A DNA stretch of 64,000 nt from the NCBI GenBank assembly GCA_951406725.2, contig OX597829.1, positions 58,032,001 through 58,096,000 of the forward strand, given 5' to 3'. The notes beneath the pieces are model-generated. The model saw only the letters and a list, made by a program, of their open reading frames with translations. It was not told where the DNA came from and did not search any database. Shown here one piece after another: positions 1 through 12,576 of the stretch (positions are counted from its first letter, which is position 1; the number at the start of each line of letters is the position of its first letter). This DNA is from Octopus vulgaris. Lineage: Eukaryota. The position numbers and the translations under genes are program-made.

Positions 1-69
1 ATTTTAGACCTTGTGCACTTAGTAGAAAGGATTATTATTATTATAAATAATATTATATAGATAAATTAT

Positions 70-290
70 TCGGTGAGCTGGCAGAATTGTTAGCACGCTG
101 GGTGATGTGCTGAGTGGCATTTTGTCTGTCTTCATGTTCTGAGTTCAAGTTCCGCCGAGGTCGATTTTGCCTTTCATCCTTTCATCCTTTCGGGGTCAAT
201 GATTAAGTACCAGTGAAACACTGGGGTCAATGAATTCAACTTATCCCCTCCTCTGAAATTACAGGACTTGTGCGTATAGTAGAAAGGATT
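70..290 (+). mobile_element. tRNA-derived SINE, family B (Meta-domain-like); other copies about 1800-2020(-), 7505-7660(-, decayed), 46560-46775(-), 61443-61610(+)
   Basis: Head GGTGAGCTGGCAGAA..GTTAGCA, B-box-like GAGTTCAA, and body GCCTTTCATCCTTTCGGGGTC..AGTACCAG recur at several positions. The Meta-domain resemblance is from recall, not from a search. Confidence 0.7.
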
Positions 291-566
291 ATTATTTTTT
301 TTAATGTTATTGTTGCTTTGTTTTTTATGTGAACCATTCCAAGTTTTCTCCAGAGACCTTAAGTAACAGCAAGCTGTATGGTTTACTATGATTTATTTAT
401 GATTAGCAATGATATATTACAAGGAAAGGAGACAGAAATCTGAGAGTTGCGATTCTGTTAAATTTGTAATATTTGAGTTTTAAGAGAATCAGGTAGTTTG
501 AAGTTGACAATGTTTTTCTTAAGATGTGTGCAGTATCCATGAGTACAACATTTTGTAGTTCTAATT

Positions 567-1160
567 CAGGGGTTCCAAACCATTTTTTTTTCTATGGACC
601 CCTTTGATTTGATTACTATTTCATTCTGGTGGACTACCCCCCATCCCTGCCATTCCATGTTTAAAAATAGTTTTATAGAAACTTCTTTCAAAATTCCTAT
701 TTTGTAGGCTGAACTATGTAGTGTTAGTGAAAGAAATCTAAATGTTTTTTGCAATACATAACCAATACATACATCTACAGCAGGGGTTCTCACCTATTCT
801 TATCTGTGGACCCCTTCGATCACTATTTTATTCTAGTGGACCCCCAAAGCCATTCGATGTTTAAAAACTAATTTTATAGAAACTTCCTTCAAATTTTCTT
901 ATTTTGTTTTTCACACATCAACTTGTGTAGGTTGAACAATGTAAAATGTTAGGGAAAGAAACCCAGCTGTTTCTTGCAATAAAGACCAATACATACCTCT
1001 GAAGCAGGGGTTCTTAACTATTTCTTATATGTGGCCCCCCTTAGCCATTCGATGTTTAAAAACTAGTTTCATAGAAACTTCTTTCAAAATTTCTGTTTTG
1101 TCTTTCACACATCAACTTGCGTAGGTTGAACAATGTAAAATGTCAGAGAAAGAAACCTAT
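567..1160 (+). repeat. Three tandem ~215-225 bp units, each starting CAGGGGTTC (hAT/Charlie-like terminus)
   Basis: Units start at 567, 781 and 1005 and share gtggacccc, ttaaaaa(c)tagttttatagaaactt and tgtagg(t)tgaac.atgta blocks. Confidence 0.65.
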
Positions 1161-1678
1161 TACACCATACCATTTTATAATATTGACACCTTGGAAGATA
1201 TAGAGCATGTCATAGAAAAATGGCTTAAACAACTTTATATTAAATGTCTGCTCTCTCAAACGTTCTTATTGAAATATATATATATATTTTATTTTTAAAA
1301 AAACATCTATTTTATTATGTATTAGCAGTGTTTTTTTTTGTTTTTTTTTCATTGTTCAATAGAATATCTTTTTAATTTCCTGGAACCACATTTCTGGCAG
1401 TAATTAAATGTCTGATTAGATCTACTCCCCTTTTTATTTAACTGCATTTTTGGTAAAGTAATGTATTAAAAAAAAACAAAAAAAAGATTTTCTTTTTACT
1501 GTCAGAATTATGAATACATTGCTAACGAGAGGGGTGAACCACCTCAACGAGCAGCTAAATTAATATTATTATTATTTATTCATTTATATGTTTGTTTTAA
1601 TTATTTTTCTTTTGACCCTGAACAACAAACGCACCCACCTCCATCATTGCAATCTTTCTGCTGCCTAAACAAGCTGGT

Positions 1679-1768
1679 TTATCGGTTGTCTTCGAGAATC
1701 ACGACTTGGTTGGGGTACGTGTCACACTGTACAAACAGATAGCGATATTCATATTTCCCATTTTCATT
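1679..1768 (-). CDS. TIMM21: Mitochondrial import inner membrane translocase subunit Tim21, terminal coding exon
   Basis: After a minus-strand acceptor (tatttaattcAG) the frame reads NENGKYEYRYLFVQCDTYPNQVVILEDNR*. This matches the conserved Tim21 C-terminus (human ..ENPGSGEYDFRYIFVEIESYPRRTIIIEDNR..). AATAAA-like signals lie downstream on minus. Not in the ORF track because it is shorter than 60 aa. Confidence 0.88.
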   Translation of the reverse strand, partial: NENGKYEYRYLFVQCDTYPNQVVILEDNR

Positions 1769-2034
1769 CTGAATTAAATAAATAAATAATAACAATAATA
1801 AGGATTTAAAATTTCGGCAAAAGGCCAGCAATTTTGTGGGAGCGGGTAAGTTGATTACATCGACCCCCCCCCCCCCAGTGTTCCACTGCTGCTTATTTTA
1901 TCGACCCTGAAGGAGTGAAGAGCAAGGTCGACCTCGGCAGAATTTGAACTCAGAACGTTAAGTATGAACGAAGTGCCACTGAGCATTTGGCCTGGTGTGC
2001 TAACAATTCAACCAGCTTGATTTATTATAAGAGA

Positions 2035-2300
2035 ACCATCCGATCGTGGCTGTTGCCAGCCTCCGTGCCGGTGGCACGTAAAAAGCACCATCCGATCATG
2101 GCCGTTTGCCAGCTTCGTCTGGCACGTAAAAAGCACCCACTACACTCATGGAGTGGTTGGCATTAGGAAGGGCATCCAGCCGTAGAAACATTGTCAGATC
2201 AGACTGGACCTGGTGCAGCCTTCTGGCTCCCCAGACCCCAGTTGCACCGTCCAACCCATGCCAGCATGGAAAGCGGACGCTAAACGATGATGATGATGAT
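2035..2300 (+). mobile_element. RTE 3'-tail element with (GAT)n end; more than 20 copies in both orientations across the window
   Basis: The motif GTGGTTGGCGTTAGGAAGGGCATCCAGC...AAGCGGACGTTAAAC(GAT)n matches the 3' UTR of the RTE LINEs at 20950-24062 and 26374-29255. Confidence 0.85.
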
Positions 2301-2428
2301 ATATGTATATATATATGTAAGTATGTTTGTATATATATGTATATATATGTGTGTGTATGTATATATTCAAAATGTGACCACGTGTGTACCGTTGGCGATT
2401 TTTTTTCCTCTGTCTTCCCTTCTCCTAT

Positions 2429-2463
2429 GTTTCCGGCGAAGAGCTCCGCTCGAAACGTTAAAC
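2429..2463 (+). ncRNA. Minimal type I hammerhead-like motif, degenerate core
   Basis: GTTT-CCGGCGAA-GAGC(tcc)GCTC-GAAA-CGTT-AAAC: helix I GTTT/AAAC, helix II GAGC/GCTC, palindromic AACGTT in place of helix III. The core deviates from CUGANGA. Confidence 0.45.
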
Positions 2464-2715
2464 TCTCCTTCTTCCCTTCCTTATATAGGGGGGAATTCAC
2501 AAAAATATAAAGTTTCTGATAGATTTTCTTATCCAGATAAGAGGAAAAAATCTATCAGAAAGAAACTCTATCTCTCTTAAAAAAACATCTTTTGATAAGC
2601 ATAACAAATGCGCAACCGGTAAAAAGAACTTTCACCTAATTAAATTACTTAAATTACTTAAATTATTTTGTCAGCATTTTCTTCATTTCCTTTTTTATAT
2701 ATATATATATATATT

Positions 2716-3288
2716 ATACTCTTTTACTTGTTTCAGTTATTTGACTGTGGCCATGCTGGAGCACCGCCTTTAGTCGAGCAAATCGGCCCTGGGACTTATT
2801 CTTTGTAAGCCCAGTACTTATTCTATCGGTCTTTTTTGCCGAACCGCTAAGTAACGGGGATATAAACACACCAGCATCAGTTGTCAAGCAATGCTAGGGG
2901 GGACAAACACAGACACACAAACATACACACACACATATATATATATACATATATACGACGTACTTCTTTCAGTTTCCGTCTACCAAATCCACCCATATGG
3001 CTTTGGTCGCCCCGAGGCTATAGCAGAAGACACTTGCCCAAGATGCAACGCAGTGGGACTGAACCCGGAACCATGTGGTTGGTAAGCAAGCTACTTACCC
3101 CACAGCCACTCCTATGCCTATATATATATATACGATGGGCTTCTTTCAGTTTCTGTCTCCCAAGTCCACTCACAAGGCTTTGGTCGGCCTGAGGCTATAG
3201 TAGAAACACTTACCCAACACAGTGGGACTGAACGCGGAACCATGTGGTTGGTAAGCAAGCTACTTACCACACAGCCACTCCTGCGCCT
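2716..3288 (-). mobile_element. Dominant tRNA-derived SINE, family A (CORE-like), ~430 bp with an internal (TA/TG)n; full copy plus extra head. About 30 copies or fragments in the window (e.g. 4965-5535+, 11530-11958-, 17898-18290+, 24886-25295+, 44057-44553+, 53468-54003+, 55845-56246-, 61065-61440+)
   Basis: A-box-like TGGCTGTGTGG, B-box-like GGTTCAGTCCC, CORE-like ACCTTGGGCAAGT and a TGACTGAAACAAGTAAAAGAG tail, repeated throughout. Confidence 0.9.
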
Positions 3289-3619
3289 ATTATATATTAT
3301 ATTAATTATATATATTATTTGTTATTTATATATTGGTTTATGTCTATCACTGTTTGAGCTGCATCATAGTGGTTTTATCTCTAATTCATATTTTATATAT
3401 ATATACAACTAATGTAGGATAAAATTTTTTCTGAAAAAAATTTTATCAATGGCCAGCATATCAAAAAATACCTTTAAAGGTTAAATTTATAAATAATTTA
3501 CAAGATAAGGGCAAAAGAAAAATTCTAATGCCAGATATGCCGAAAAAAAGACAATAATTGCGAATAATATATGTATATGCATATATGTATATATACATAG
3601 ATGGAAAGTAAAAGAAGCC

Positions 3620-3665
<46 letters not shown>

Positions 3666-4077
3666 GAGTGGCTGTGTGGTAAGTAGCTTGCTTACCAACC
3701 ACATGGTTCTGGCTTCAGTGCCATGCAGTGTCTTCTACTATAGCCTCGGGCCGACCAAAGCCTTGTGGGTACATATGGTAGACGGAAACTATAAGAAGCC
3801 TGTTGTGTGTGTATATATACATACATTGTGCGTCTGTGTTTCTCACCCACCATCGCTTGACAACCGACGCCCGGTCTGGGGATCGAAACTGCAATCCTAC
3901 GACCACGTGTTGTCTGCCCTAACCACTGGGCCATTGCACCTCCACCCCTAAATAACATCACTAAAGGAAAGCATGAATTGCATTGATTTAGCTTCAGCTA
4001 GGAAAACCTGAAAAGATTATGGACACCGTTCCACTTTCGTTGACTGAAACATCAATGACAGTTGTTTGTCTGCAGGT

Positions 4078-4121
4078 AATAAAAATAATAAGAAAACTAA
4101 TAATAATAATAATAATAAAAA

Positions 4122-4165
<44 letters not shown>

Positions 4166-4227
4166 ATGATACTGATGATGATGGTGGTGGTGGTGGTGGT
4201 GATGATAAGAAAAAGAAGAAGACAGCA

Positions 4228-4264
<37 letters not shown>

Positions 4265-4402
4265 CATAAAATAAAAATAATAATATTAATAATAAGGACA
4301 ACAACAACAATACTATTAATAATGATAAATAACAACAGCAACAACAACAACAACAATAATAATACTAATAATAATAATAAAAAGAAGAAGAAGAAGAAGA
4401 AA
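4078..4402. repeat. Compound trinucleotide microsatellite (TAA/TAG/TGA/TGG/CAA/GAA)n
   Basis: Directly visible; it explains the homopolymer ORFs at 3994-4426. Confidence 0.95.
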
Positions 4403-6207
4403 AATGAAATGAGAAAAAGAAATTAAAACACTTGTGTGAGGCATGTGAAGAATGAGTAACATATTTCACAGTTGAACGGTTGATAACAAAGAAAAAATAA
4501 CAATCTGTAAAAAATACACTGGCTATGACTGCGCTCGAATATTTTTCACAAACCACCGGCACAAGTGCCAGTAATGGGGCACTGGTAACAATCACGCTTG
4601 AATGGTGCTTTTTACGTGCCACCCGGCATGGAAGCCAGTCAGCTGCTCTGGCACAGATTACACTCGGATGGTGCCCTCAGCACTCCACTAGCACAGATGC
4701 ATATCATTTTATATATTTTAACCCCTAGTCCAAAACTGCCCCACATCTCAGCAAACCGCAAGATGACCTCACTACTTCTGGTGGCACAAAAACAAAAAGC
4801 ATTTGGTAGACCCTGTAAAGTGTAGTTAAGAAGAATAACCAACCATTAAAACCAGGGCAATGCAAACATTGGAACTCCGTGTAGTTATCAAATGTTTCGG
4901 ATCCTGTGAAACCACCCAAATCATACCAGGGTGTAAAATGATGATGATATATATATATATATATAGGTTGAGGAGTGGCTGTGTGGTAAGTAGCTTGCTT
5001 ACCAACCACATGGTTCCGGGTTCAGTCCCACCGCGTGGCACCTTGGGCAAGTGTCTTCTACTATAGCCTCAGGCCGACCAAAGCCTTGTGAGTGGATTTG
5101 AGAGACGGAAACTGAAAGAAGACCATCGTATATATATATATATATATATATAGGTATAGGAGTGGCTGTGTGGTAAGTAGCTTGCTTATGAACCACATGG
5201 TTCCAGGTTCAGTCCCACTACGTGGCACCTTGGGCAAGTGTCTTCTACTATAGCCTCAAGCCGACCAAAGCCTTGTTAGTGGATTTGGTAGACGGAAACT
5301 GAAAGAAACCCATCGTATATATGTATACATATATATGTATGTGTTTGTCCCCGCAACATTGCTTGACATTGCTGGTGTGTTTACGTCCCCGTAACTTAGT
5401 GGTTCAGCCTAAGAGACCGATAGAATAAGTACTAAGCTTACAAAGAATAAGTCCTGGGATCAATTTGCTCAACTAAAGGTGGTGCTCCAGCATGACCACA
5501 GTCAAATGACTGAAACAAATAAAAGAGAGTAAAGAGTATATATAAAATTCGCCGACTGGCATCCATGCTAGTATAGCGCTAAGAGCACCATTCCGAGCGT
5601 GTTTATTGCTAGAGCAGCTGACTGGCTTCTGTGAAGGTGGCACATAAAATACACCATTTGAGCCAGTCCCGCTGGACTGGCTCCTGTGCAGAAAGCACGT
5701 AAAAAACACCATTTTCGAGCGTGGCCATTATCAGTACTGCCTGACTGGCCCTTGTGCCGGTAGCACCTAAGAGCACCCACTACACTCTTGTAGTGGTTGG
5801 CGTTAGGAAGGGCATTAAACGATGATGATGACTATTATGTATATAGAACCCTTATCATTTGTGGTTGGCATTAGGAAGGGCATCCAGCTGTAGAAACTCT
5901 GCCAGATCAGATTGTAGCCAGGTGTAGCCATCAGGTTCACCAGTCCTCAGTCAAATCATCCAACCCATGCCAGGGTAGAAAGCGGACGTTAGATGATGAT
6001 GATGCATATATATAAATAGTACATAGATAGGATTACAATCCAAGCTTTGTCCTGGAGAAACACATCCATAGAATCAAAAATTCCGGGACTAGTGTCCTTC
6101 ATGAGGCAGATTGCTGAGTGACATCACTGTGCTTACACAGTTCTATATTTAAGAGAAGAGGAATTATTTACAATTGACGGATATTTGTCCTCATCTTGTT
6201 TGTTGTT

Positions 6208-6253
6208 AACACAACATTTCGGCTGATATACCCTCCAGCCTTCTTCAGGTGTC
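6208..6253 (-). ncRNA. Minimal type I hammerhead ribozyme (Penelope terminal-repeat family), intact core
   Basis: Minus strand reads GACAC-CTGAAGA-A-GGCTG(gagggtatat)CAGCC-GAAA-TGTT-GTGTT, with helix I GACAC/GTGTT and helix II GGCTG/CAGCC. Same family as 54667-54712 next to a GIY-YIG ORF. Confidence 0.72.
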
Positions 6254-6314
6254 TTGGGAAATTTCAAAGCCTTGTGAGTGGATTTGGTAGACGGAAACTG
6301 AAAGAAAGCCATCG

Positions 6315-6345
<31 letters not shown>

Positions 6346-6665
6346 AGGCACAGGAGTGACTGGGTGGTAAGTAGCTTGCTTACCAACCACATGGTTCCAG
6401 GTTCACCCTCACTGAGTGACACCTTGGGCAAGTGTCTTCTATTATATAGCCTTGGGCCAATCAAAGCCTTGTGAGTAGATTTAGTAAACGGAAACTGAAA
6501 GAAGCCCGTCATATATATTTATATATATGTGTATATATATATATATATGTATAAGTTCAGCAAGTTCCTGAAACTCATATCTACAACTTTATCGGTATAT
6601 TTACACTCTCTAAGATGTTACTCATTGATTTGAGAACTTTACATTATTGGAAAACCTATATGAAA

Positions 6666-6750
6666 TTAGCTGAAGATTACTTGACATATTATATTTGCTG
6701 TAATATTTGCAGCTTTAATAAATTGTTATAGTATGAAACAATTGTACTAA
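6666..6750 (+). ncRNA. Type I hammerhead-like motif with long loop II
   Basis: TTAG-CTGAAGA-T-TACT...AGTA-T-GAAA-CAATTG-TA-CTAA: helix I TTAG/CTAA, palindromic CAATTG, GUA triplet. Confidence 0.55.
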
Positions 6751-6784
6751 ATTACCGGATCCATTCTTGTTGCTTATTTTTTGG

Positions 6785-6827
<43 letters not shown>

Positions 6828-7685
6828 AGACCGATAGTATCACAGCTACAATTTCCATTGATGTTGATCGATTTTGATTTTGATTTTGATTTTTGATTTT
6901 TGATTATCACTTGCTTCAACAGGTCTTCACAAGTAGGGTTTGTGTCACAAGAAGGAAAGGTATGCATAAGTGGGCTGGCTACGTCCCAGGTGTGTGTGTA
7001 TATGTTTGTGTGTCTGTGTTTGTCTCCCCAACATCGCTTTACAACCAATGCTGGTGTGTTTACATCCCTCTAACCTAGCAGTTCAGCATAAGAGACCGAT
7101 AGAATAGTACTAGGCTTACAAAGAATAAGTCCAGGGGTCAATTTGCTTGACGAAAGGCACTGCTCCAGCATGGCCGCAGTCAAATAACTGCAACAAGTAA
7201 AAGCGTAAAGAGCAAATCGAGAGTATAATTTACATATAAGTTACATGCAAAAATGAAGAGATAAACCAATTATATGAATTTTATATTTAATTATTACAAC
7301 CATGGAAGAATGTAAAATCAAAATTCATCTCAGCAGGATTTGAACTTGGAACACATCACTAATGTTTCTTTCATTTGCCACTGAGAAATCAGTGGTAGGA
7401 ACATTATAAGGACAGTTTATTATTTGTGCGGGGTTTACATAAAGAGATGAGTGAAGAAATGGATAGGACGGGTAAATAAGATTAAAAACAGCTGTTCTCC
7501 TATTTTGGGGCACAAGATCTGCAAATATTGAGGCTAGGAGAAGACGATTGAATTGTCTTCAGTGCCCAACTGGTATTTATTTGATCAACCCTGAAAAAAA
7601 ATAGATAAAGATAACCTGAGTGTGATTTGAACTCTGAATGCAAAGAACTGGAGTGAAGACATTTTTTCAGATGTGTTAATGAGTC

Positions 7686-8880
7686 TAGTTAGTTAGTTAG
7701 TTAATTTTTTGGCTCAAAAAGCAAAAAGCAAGGCTATGTAGGGGGACATGGAGTTATGTACAGGGTGGTGTTCATGCAAAGAGTTCAGGCCATTTGTGGT
7801 CAACGGAGACTTTGAACCGAGCGGTCGTCGGCATCTTCACCATCTCATCCGGCAGCTTATTCCACAGATCCGCAACCCGGACGGAGAAAGCCCCTCTCCT
7901 TCGATTGAAATGAAATCGTCGCAGAGAGAGCTTTTCGGAGTGACCCCGCAGCCGACACTCTAGAACAGGTGTGAAGAACAGCTCTTTCGAGACGTTACAC
8001 TTTCCGCTTATGATGTTGTGAGCAAGAATGAGATCACCACGGCGGCGGCGTTTTTCGAGAGAATAAAGGTCGAGCGTCTTCAGCCTTTCTTCATAAGACA
8101 AATACTTGAGACCAAGAACCATGCGGGTAGCCAGCTTCTGGACTCTTTTGAGATGATGTATGTCTTTAAGGAGATAAGGAGAAGAGGCTTGAATCCCGTA
8201 CTCCAATATGGGTCTCACCAGCATGACATAGAGCGGTAGGAATATGGCTGCTGTGAGCATTCCGAATGACTGTTGAATCAAAAACAGAACTCCACGTGCT
8301 TTGTTGGCAGCATGAACGCACTTGGCCGAAGGCGAAAAGGAAGAATGCACCAAGATACCCAGGTCCTTTACCTGGTCGGTCCTCTCCAACAGCAGATGGC
8401 CCGGCTCGAAATCAAGTTGAGTTGCAGGAGAAGAGCCAACAGGCAGATGACAGCACTTTGACACGTTCAGACACAGGTCCCATTCGTTAGACCATCTCCA
8501 AACTTGGTGGAGGCATCGACGAAGATCCTCTATATCACCACGAGGAGCGACCAGTTTGACATCATCGGCAAATAGAAGGGTGTGTTGCGTGAGGTCATCA
8601 GGCAAGTCATTTATGAAGACTAAGAACAATAAGGGCCCAAGCACTCAACCTTGAGGCACGCCACTGCTCGCACTGGAGACGTCGGACAGCGAACCATTAA
8701 CTTGAACTTCCAATCTAAGCATTGGAGGTACAGATCTATCAAATGGAGGGGGTTCATGACCATCATCTTGTTTGAAAATAGTTGAAAAAGCCTCGGCAAA
8801 TAACTGACTCTGTTTATAAGGGTCCTCAATCGATACGCCTGTTGAGTCTACCAATGTTGCAATTTGGTTGCAATGTTTAC
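7686..8880 (-). mobile_element. CR1-group LINE, 3' part of ORF2 (reverse transcriptase) with internal deletion and (TAAC)n tail
   Basis: ORFs 8645-8854 and 7772-8644 give SGVPQG*VLGPLLFLVFINDL..LFADDVKL..KDLG..VRPILEY..LSYEERLKTLDLYSLEKRRRRGDL..FSVRVADLWNKLP. The pre-RT linker is fused directly to the GVPQG motif. Confidence 0.9.
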
Positions 8881-8957
8881 CTGTCTGTGTAATAATGATA
8901 TCAATAATTCTTTATTGACTATAAGCGCCAAAATACATAGAAAATGATCAGCGGGAA

Positions 8958-9295
8958 TTCCACAGGTTCCCTCAACCCTGGCCGTTGAGGGAACCTGTGG
9001 AAGAGGTAGACCCAGGAAGACCTGGGATGAAGTGGTGAAGCATGCCCTTCAAACATTAGGCCTCATTGAGGCCTCTTCTTTGGAAATGTGCTGTGCGTGA
9101 GAAGACCCAGCAAGCCAAGTGAGAGCATAACCAGTGGCCCATGCCAGGGGTGTAACCACCCCACTTATGCATACCTTTCCATTATTGGACACTAAACTTT
9201 GCTTGCGAAGACCTGTTGAGGCAAGTGAAATTGAAATTGAAATCAAATTCAATGACCAGCATCCGTGTTAGTGGAGCGCTAAGAGCACCATCCAA
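8958..9295 (+). mobile_element. Short 5'-truncated RTE 3' fragment with a 19-bp fold-back at its 5' end
   Basis: It encodes LAVEGTCGRGRPRKTWDEVVKH. TTCCACAGGTTCCCTCAAC is inverted against GTTGAGGGAACCTGTGGAA. Confidence 0.8.
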
Positions 9296-9479
9296 GTAGG
9301 ATTGTTCACAGAAAATAAAGAAATAACAGTAATAACGTTTAATAAATGTTGCTTACTGCAAGTTATGGATGATTCTTTTGACTTCATTGCTTTCAGGCTT
9401 AGCTTAAGATATTTTCACACCCAACATCACAAAATGCGTTTGAATAAACATTGCCAGACAGCAAATAGAGACTCGAACA

Positions 9480-9587
9480 TTGCTTAGAAAATAATTTTCA
9501 TTTTTAACCTGGTATATAGTACGCACTAGGAATTTTGACCTTTAAATTTTGGGAGAAAATGCGGATTATACTTGAGGATTTATGGTA
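9480..9587. mobile_element. Probable pogo/Tc2-like DNA transposon end
   Basis: GCGGATTATACTTGAGGATTTATGGTA resembles TACCGTAAA..CGAGTATAA-type terminal inverted repeats (recall). The partner end was not found. Confidence 0.35.
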
Positions 9588-9718
9588 GATGAAATCGAGG
9601 TTCTTGGGTGTTTTTCTAGGCTTAGTCAGAGATTTTAGAAAGTACATAATGTTAAGTTATAAATATAATGTCTAAAAGTTGATGAATACCACCTTCTAAT
9701 CCCCTTCATTTTCTTATT

Positions 9719-9783
<65 letters not shown>

Positions 9784-9966
9784 TTAGGAAGGGCATCCAG
9801 CTGTAGAAACACTGTCAGTTCTGACTGGCCTGGTGCAGCCTTCGAGCTTGCCAGACCCCAGTTGAACCGTCCAACCCATGCTAGCATGGAAAGCGGACGT
9901 TAAACGATGATGATGATGATGATGATGATATATATATGTATATATATATATATGTATGTATATATG

Positions 9967-10020
<54 letters not shown>

Positions 10021-10747
10021 AGATCAGATATATGTAGTGAATCTTGCATGCATGAAGTGGATTCGATCCACCACAGCCAAATTTAAATTAACACTGCAAC
10101 AGAACTTTTCCCACGATGGAACAATGGTTTTTTTTCTGACAGCAGTTTTACATTTTCCAGATGCCTTTAGCTAGGCCGAAATAATGCCTTCACCATTTGA
10201 CCCTTCTAACCTCTTCTACTTCACCAAAAGCTAGAATAGAGATAACAAGACCACCAATTAAATCTATTGTTCTCAATGATATATCTGTCCTTCTGGATCT
10301 TAATAAAAGCAAGCACATCTCAAGCAAAAATCAGTTAGTCACCACTCTGTGATGACTCAACGTGGTCTGGCTGACCAACATTGGTCAGAGGGAGAAATGA
10401 AGTTTACTGCCAGCAACTGTCAGACAACACTCTACAATTCTTTCTAGCTCTAATTCTGTTCTCTTACAACATCATTCTATCTCTCTCTGTGTTTACTACT
10501 AAACAATGAAGAGGACACAAACACAAACTTTACTTTGCATGCTTTTGGATGTATCAAAACCTGCCCATCAAGACAAGTTATTTGTAATGTAACGGTAAAT
10601 AAATATTTCCTTAAAACTTCATGCATTATTCATCTTACAATATGCAATTATAACAATAAATTCTTATCTTCGCAACTGCTGACCACAACAAATCTTAATA
10701 ATGTTTACCAATCCATTTTTGTCATTACACATACACACACATATATA

Positions 10748-11063
10748 GCTTATAAACAAGGGCAAAAGAAAATTATTTCTATGCCAATATGCTGATAACA
10801 GACTTTTAAATCGTCTATTTCCATATATTATATACCCACTACAGAAATTACGTGGTGCTGAAATTGAGGAAAGCTAGCCAACAGAGTTTTTAAAAAATAT
10901 AGAAATAACGAACTTTAAAAAAAAAACTCTGTTGGCTCGCTTTCTTCGATTTCAGTACAACGTATTTCTGTAGTGGGTATATAATATATGGAAATTGACG
11001 ATTTAAAAGTCTGTTATCAGCATATTGGCATGGAAGTAATTTCCTTTTGCCCTTGTTTATAAG
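10748..11063. repeat. Fold-back inverted repeat, ~145-bp arms
   Basis: 10748-10895 is the reverse complement of 10917-11063 (e.g. ATATACCCACTACAGAAAT / ATTTCTGTAGTGGGTATAT). Related sequence lies at 3410-3560 and 33520-33690. Confidence 0.9.
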
Positions 11064-11160
11064 TTGTTTATAATTTTAACCTTTAAAGGTATTTTAATAT
11101 GCTGCCACTTTTTGATGAAATTTATTTTCTGTAAAAAAACTTCATCTTATATTAGTAGTA

Positions 11161-11281
<121 letters not shown>

Positions 11282-11744
11282 CCTCTGTAAAAAGCATAAG
11301 TCCGAAAAAAGAATTACACTCTAAGACATTGACCAGTATATATTAAAAATGAGGTAGGCTGGTTTATGAGATTATCTTGTGCCTCGTTATAGGTTTGCCA
11401 TCCATAAGGGGTTTAGCATTATGACATATCATCAGATCTGACAATTCACCTTAAATCTAAACCCTTTGTGGACAGGAAACCTAAGGTAATCCCTTAAAGC
11501 AGCCTTCCCCATTTCATTTATATATATATACTCTCTTTTACTTGTTTCAGCCATTTGACTGTGGCCATGCTTGAGCACCACCTTTAGTCGAGCAAATCGA
11601 CCCCAGGACTTATTCTTTGTAAGCCTAGTACTTATTCTATTGGTCTCTTTAGCTGAATCGCTAAGTTACAGGGACGTAAACACACCAGCATTGGTTGTCA
11701 AGTGACGTTAGGGGATAAACAAAGACACACAAACATATACACAC

Positions 11745-11791
<47 letters not shown>

Positions 11792-11956
11792 TACGACAGG
11801 CTTCTTTCAGTTTCAGTCTACCAAATCCACTAACAAGGCTTTGGTCGGCCCAAGGCTATAGTAGAAGATACTTGCCTCTTAGGAACCACACAGGGGGACT
11901 AAACCTGGAACCATGTGGTTGGTTAGCAAGCTACTTACCACACAGCCACACCTATG

Positions 11957-12037
<81 letters not shown>

Positions 12038-12576
12038 GTATATATATATAACTCCAAGAAAGTTAGAGGTTGTGAATCCAACCCACTAAGGGATAATATC
12101 TATCAAATATTTTGCTGGTAGAATACCCAATTATTAATGCACAAGTGTTTTTTTTATTGCATTGCAGTTACATTACTGAGTGTACTAAATGGGTGACAGT
12201 AAAGAGATATTTTATCATTAATTTATAGAGCAATAAGAAAATGGAGGGGATCAATTGGTGGTTCATCAACTTTTAAACATTATATTATGTCAACTTATTT
12301 ATTTATTCACTAGAATGACAATTACAAGAATATACATACATATAACATATCCCTTAGTGGGTTGGATTAACAACCTCTAACTTTCTTGGAGTTAAATAAT
12401 AATTAAATGAGGACTATCTATTGCTAATACTTGTATGTGGAGAAGCTACATAACATTGCTTATGAGAGTGAGTACATTTGAGTATGGTATGGTAGACCCT
12501 CAAAATGAATACTGCTGGAAAAATGAAGATGATAAAGATGGACTCATCACTGAAGGACATACCTATCCTACCTAAA

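Noticed and set aside
2588-2627. Possible further hammerhead (TTGATAA-GCAT..ATGC-GCAA-CCGGTA)
   Set aside because: Both core boxes carry several mismatches, too degenerate to count.
2881-3192. Recurring short peptides such as [18 protein letters not shown] and [12 protein letters not shown] across the ORF track
   Set aside because: They are translations of high-copy non-coding SINE and RTE UTR sequence, not a protein family.
3994-4426. Poly-L/T/N/V ORFs and a possible small exon at about 3998-4075
   Set aside because: Trinucleotide repeats explain the ORFs. The flanking peptide has splice-like edges but matches nothing I recognise.
4728-4812. Candidate minus-strand exon after a tttacAG
   Set aside because: No frame resembles Tim21 or any protein I recognise.
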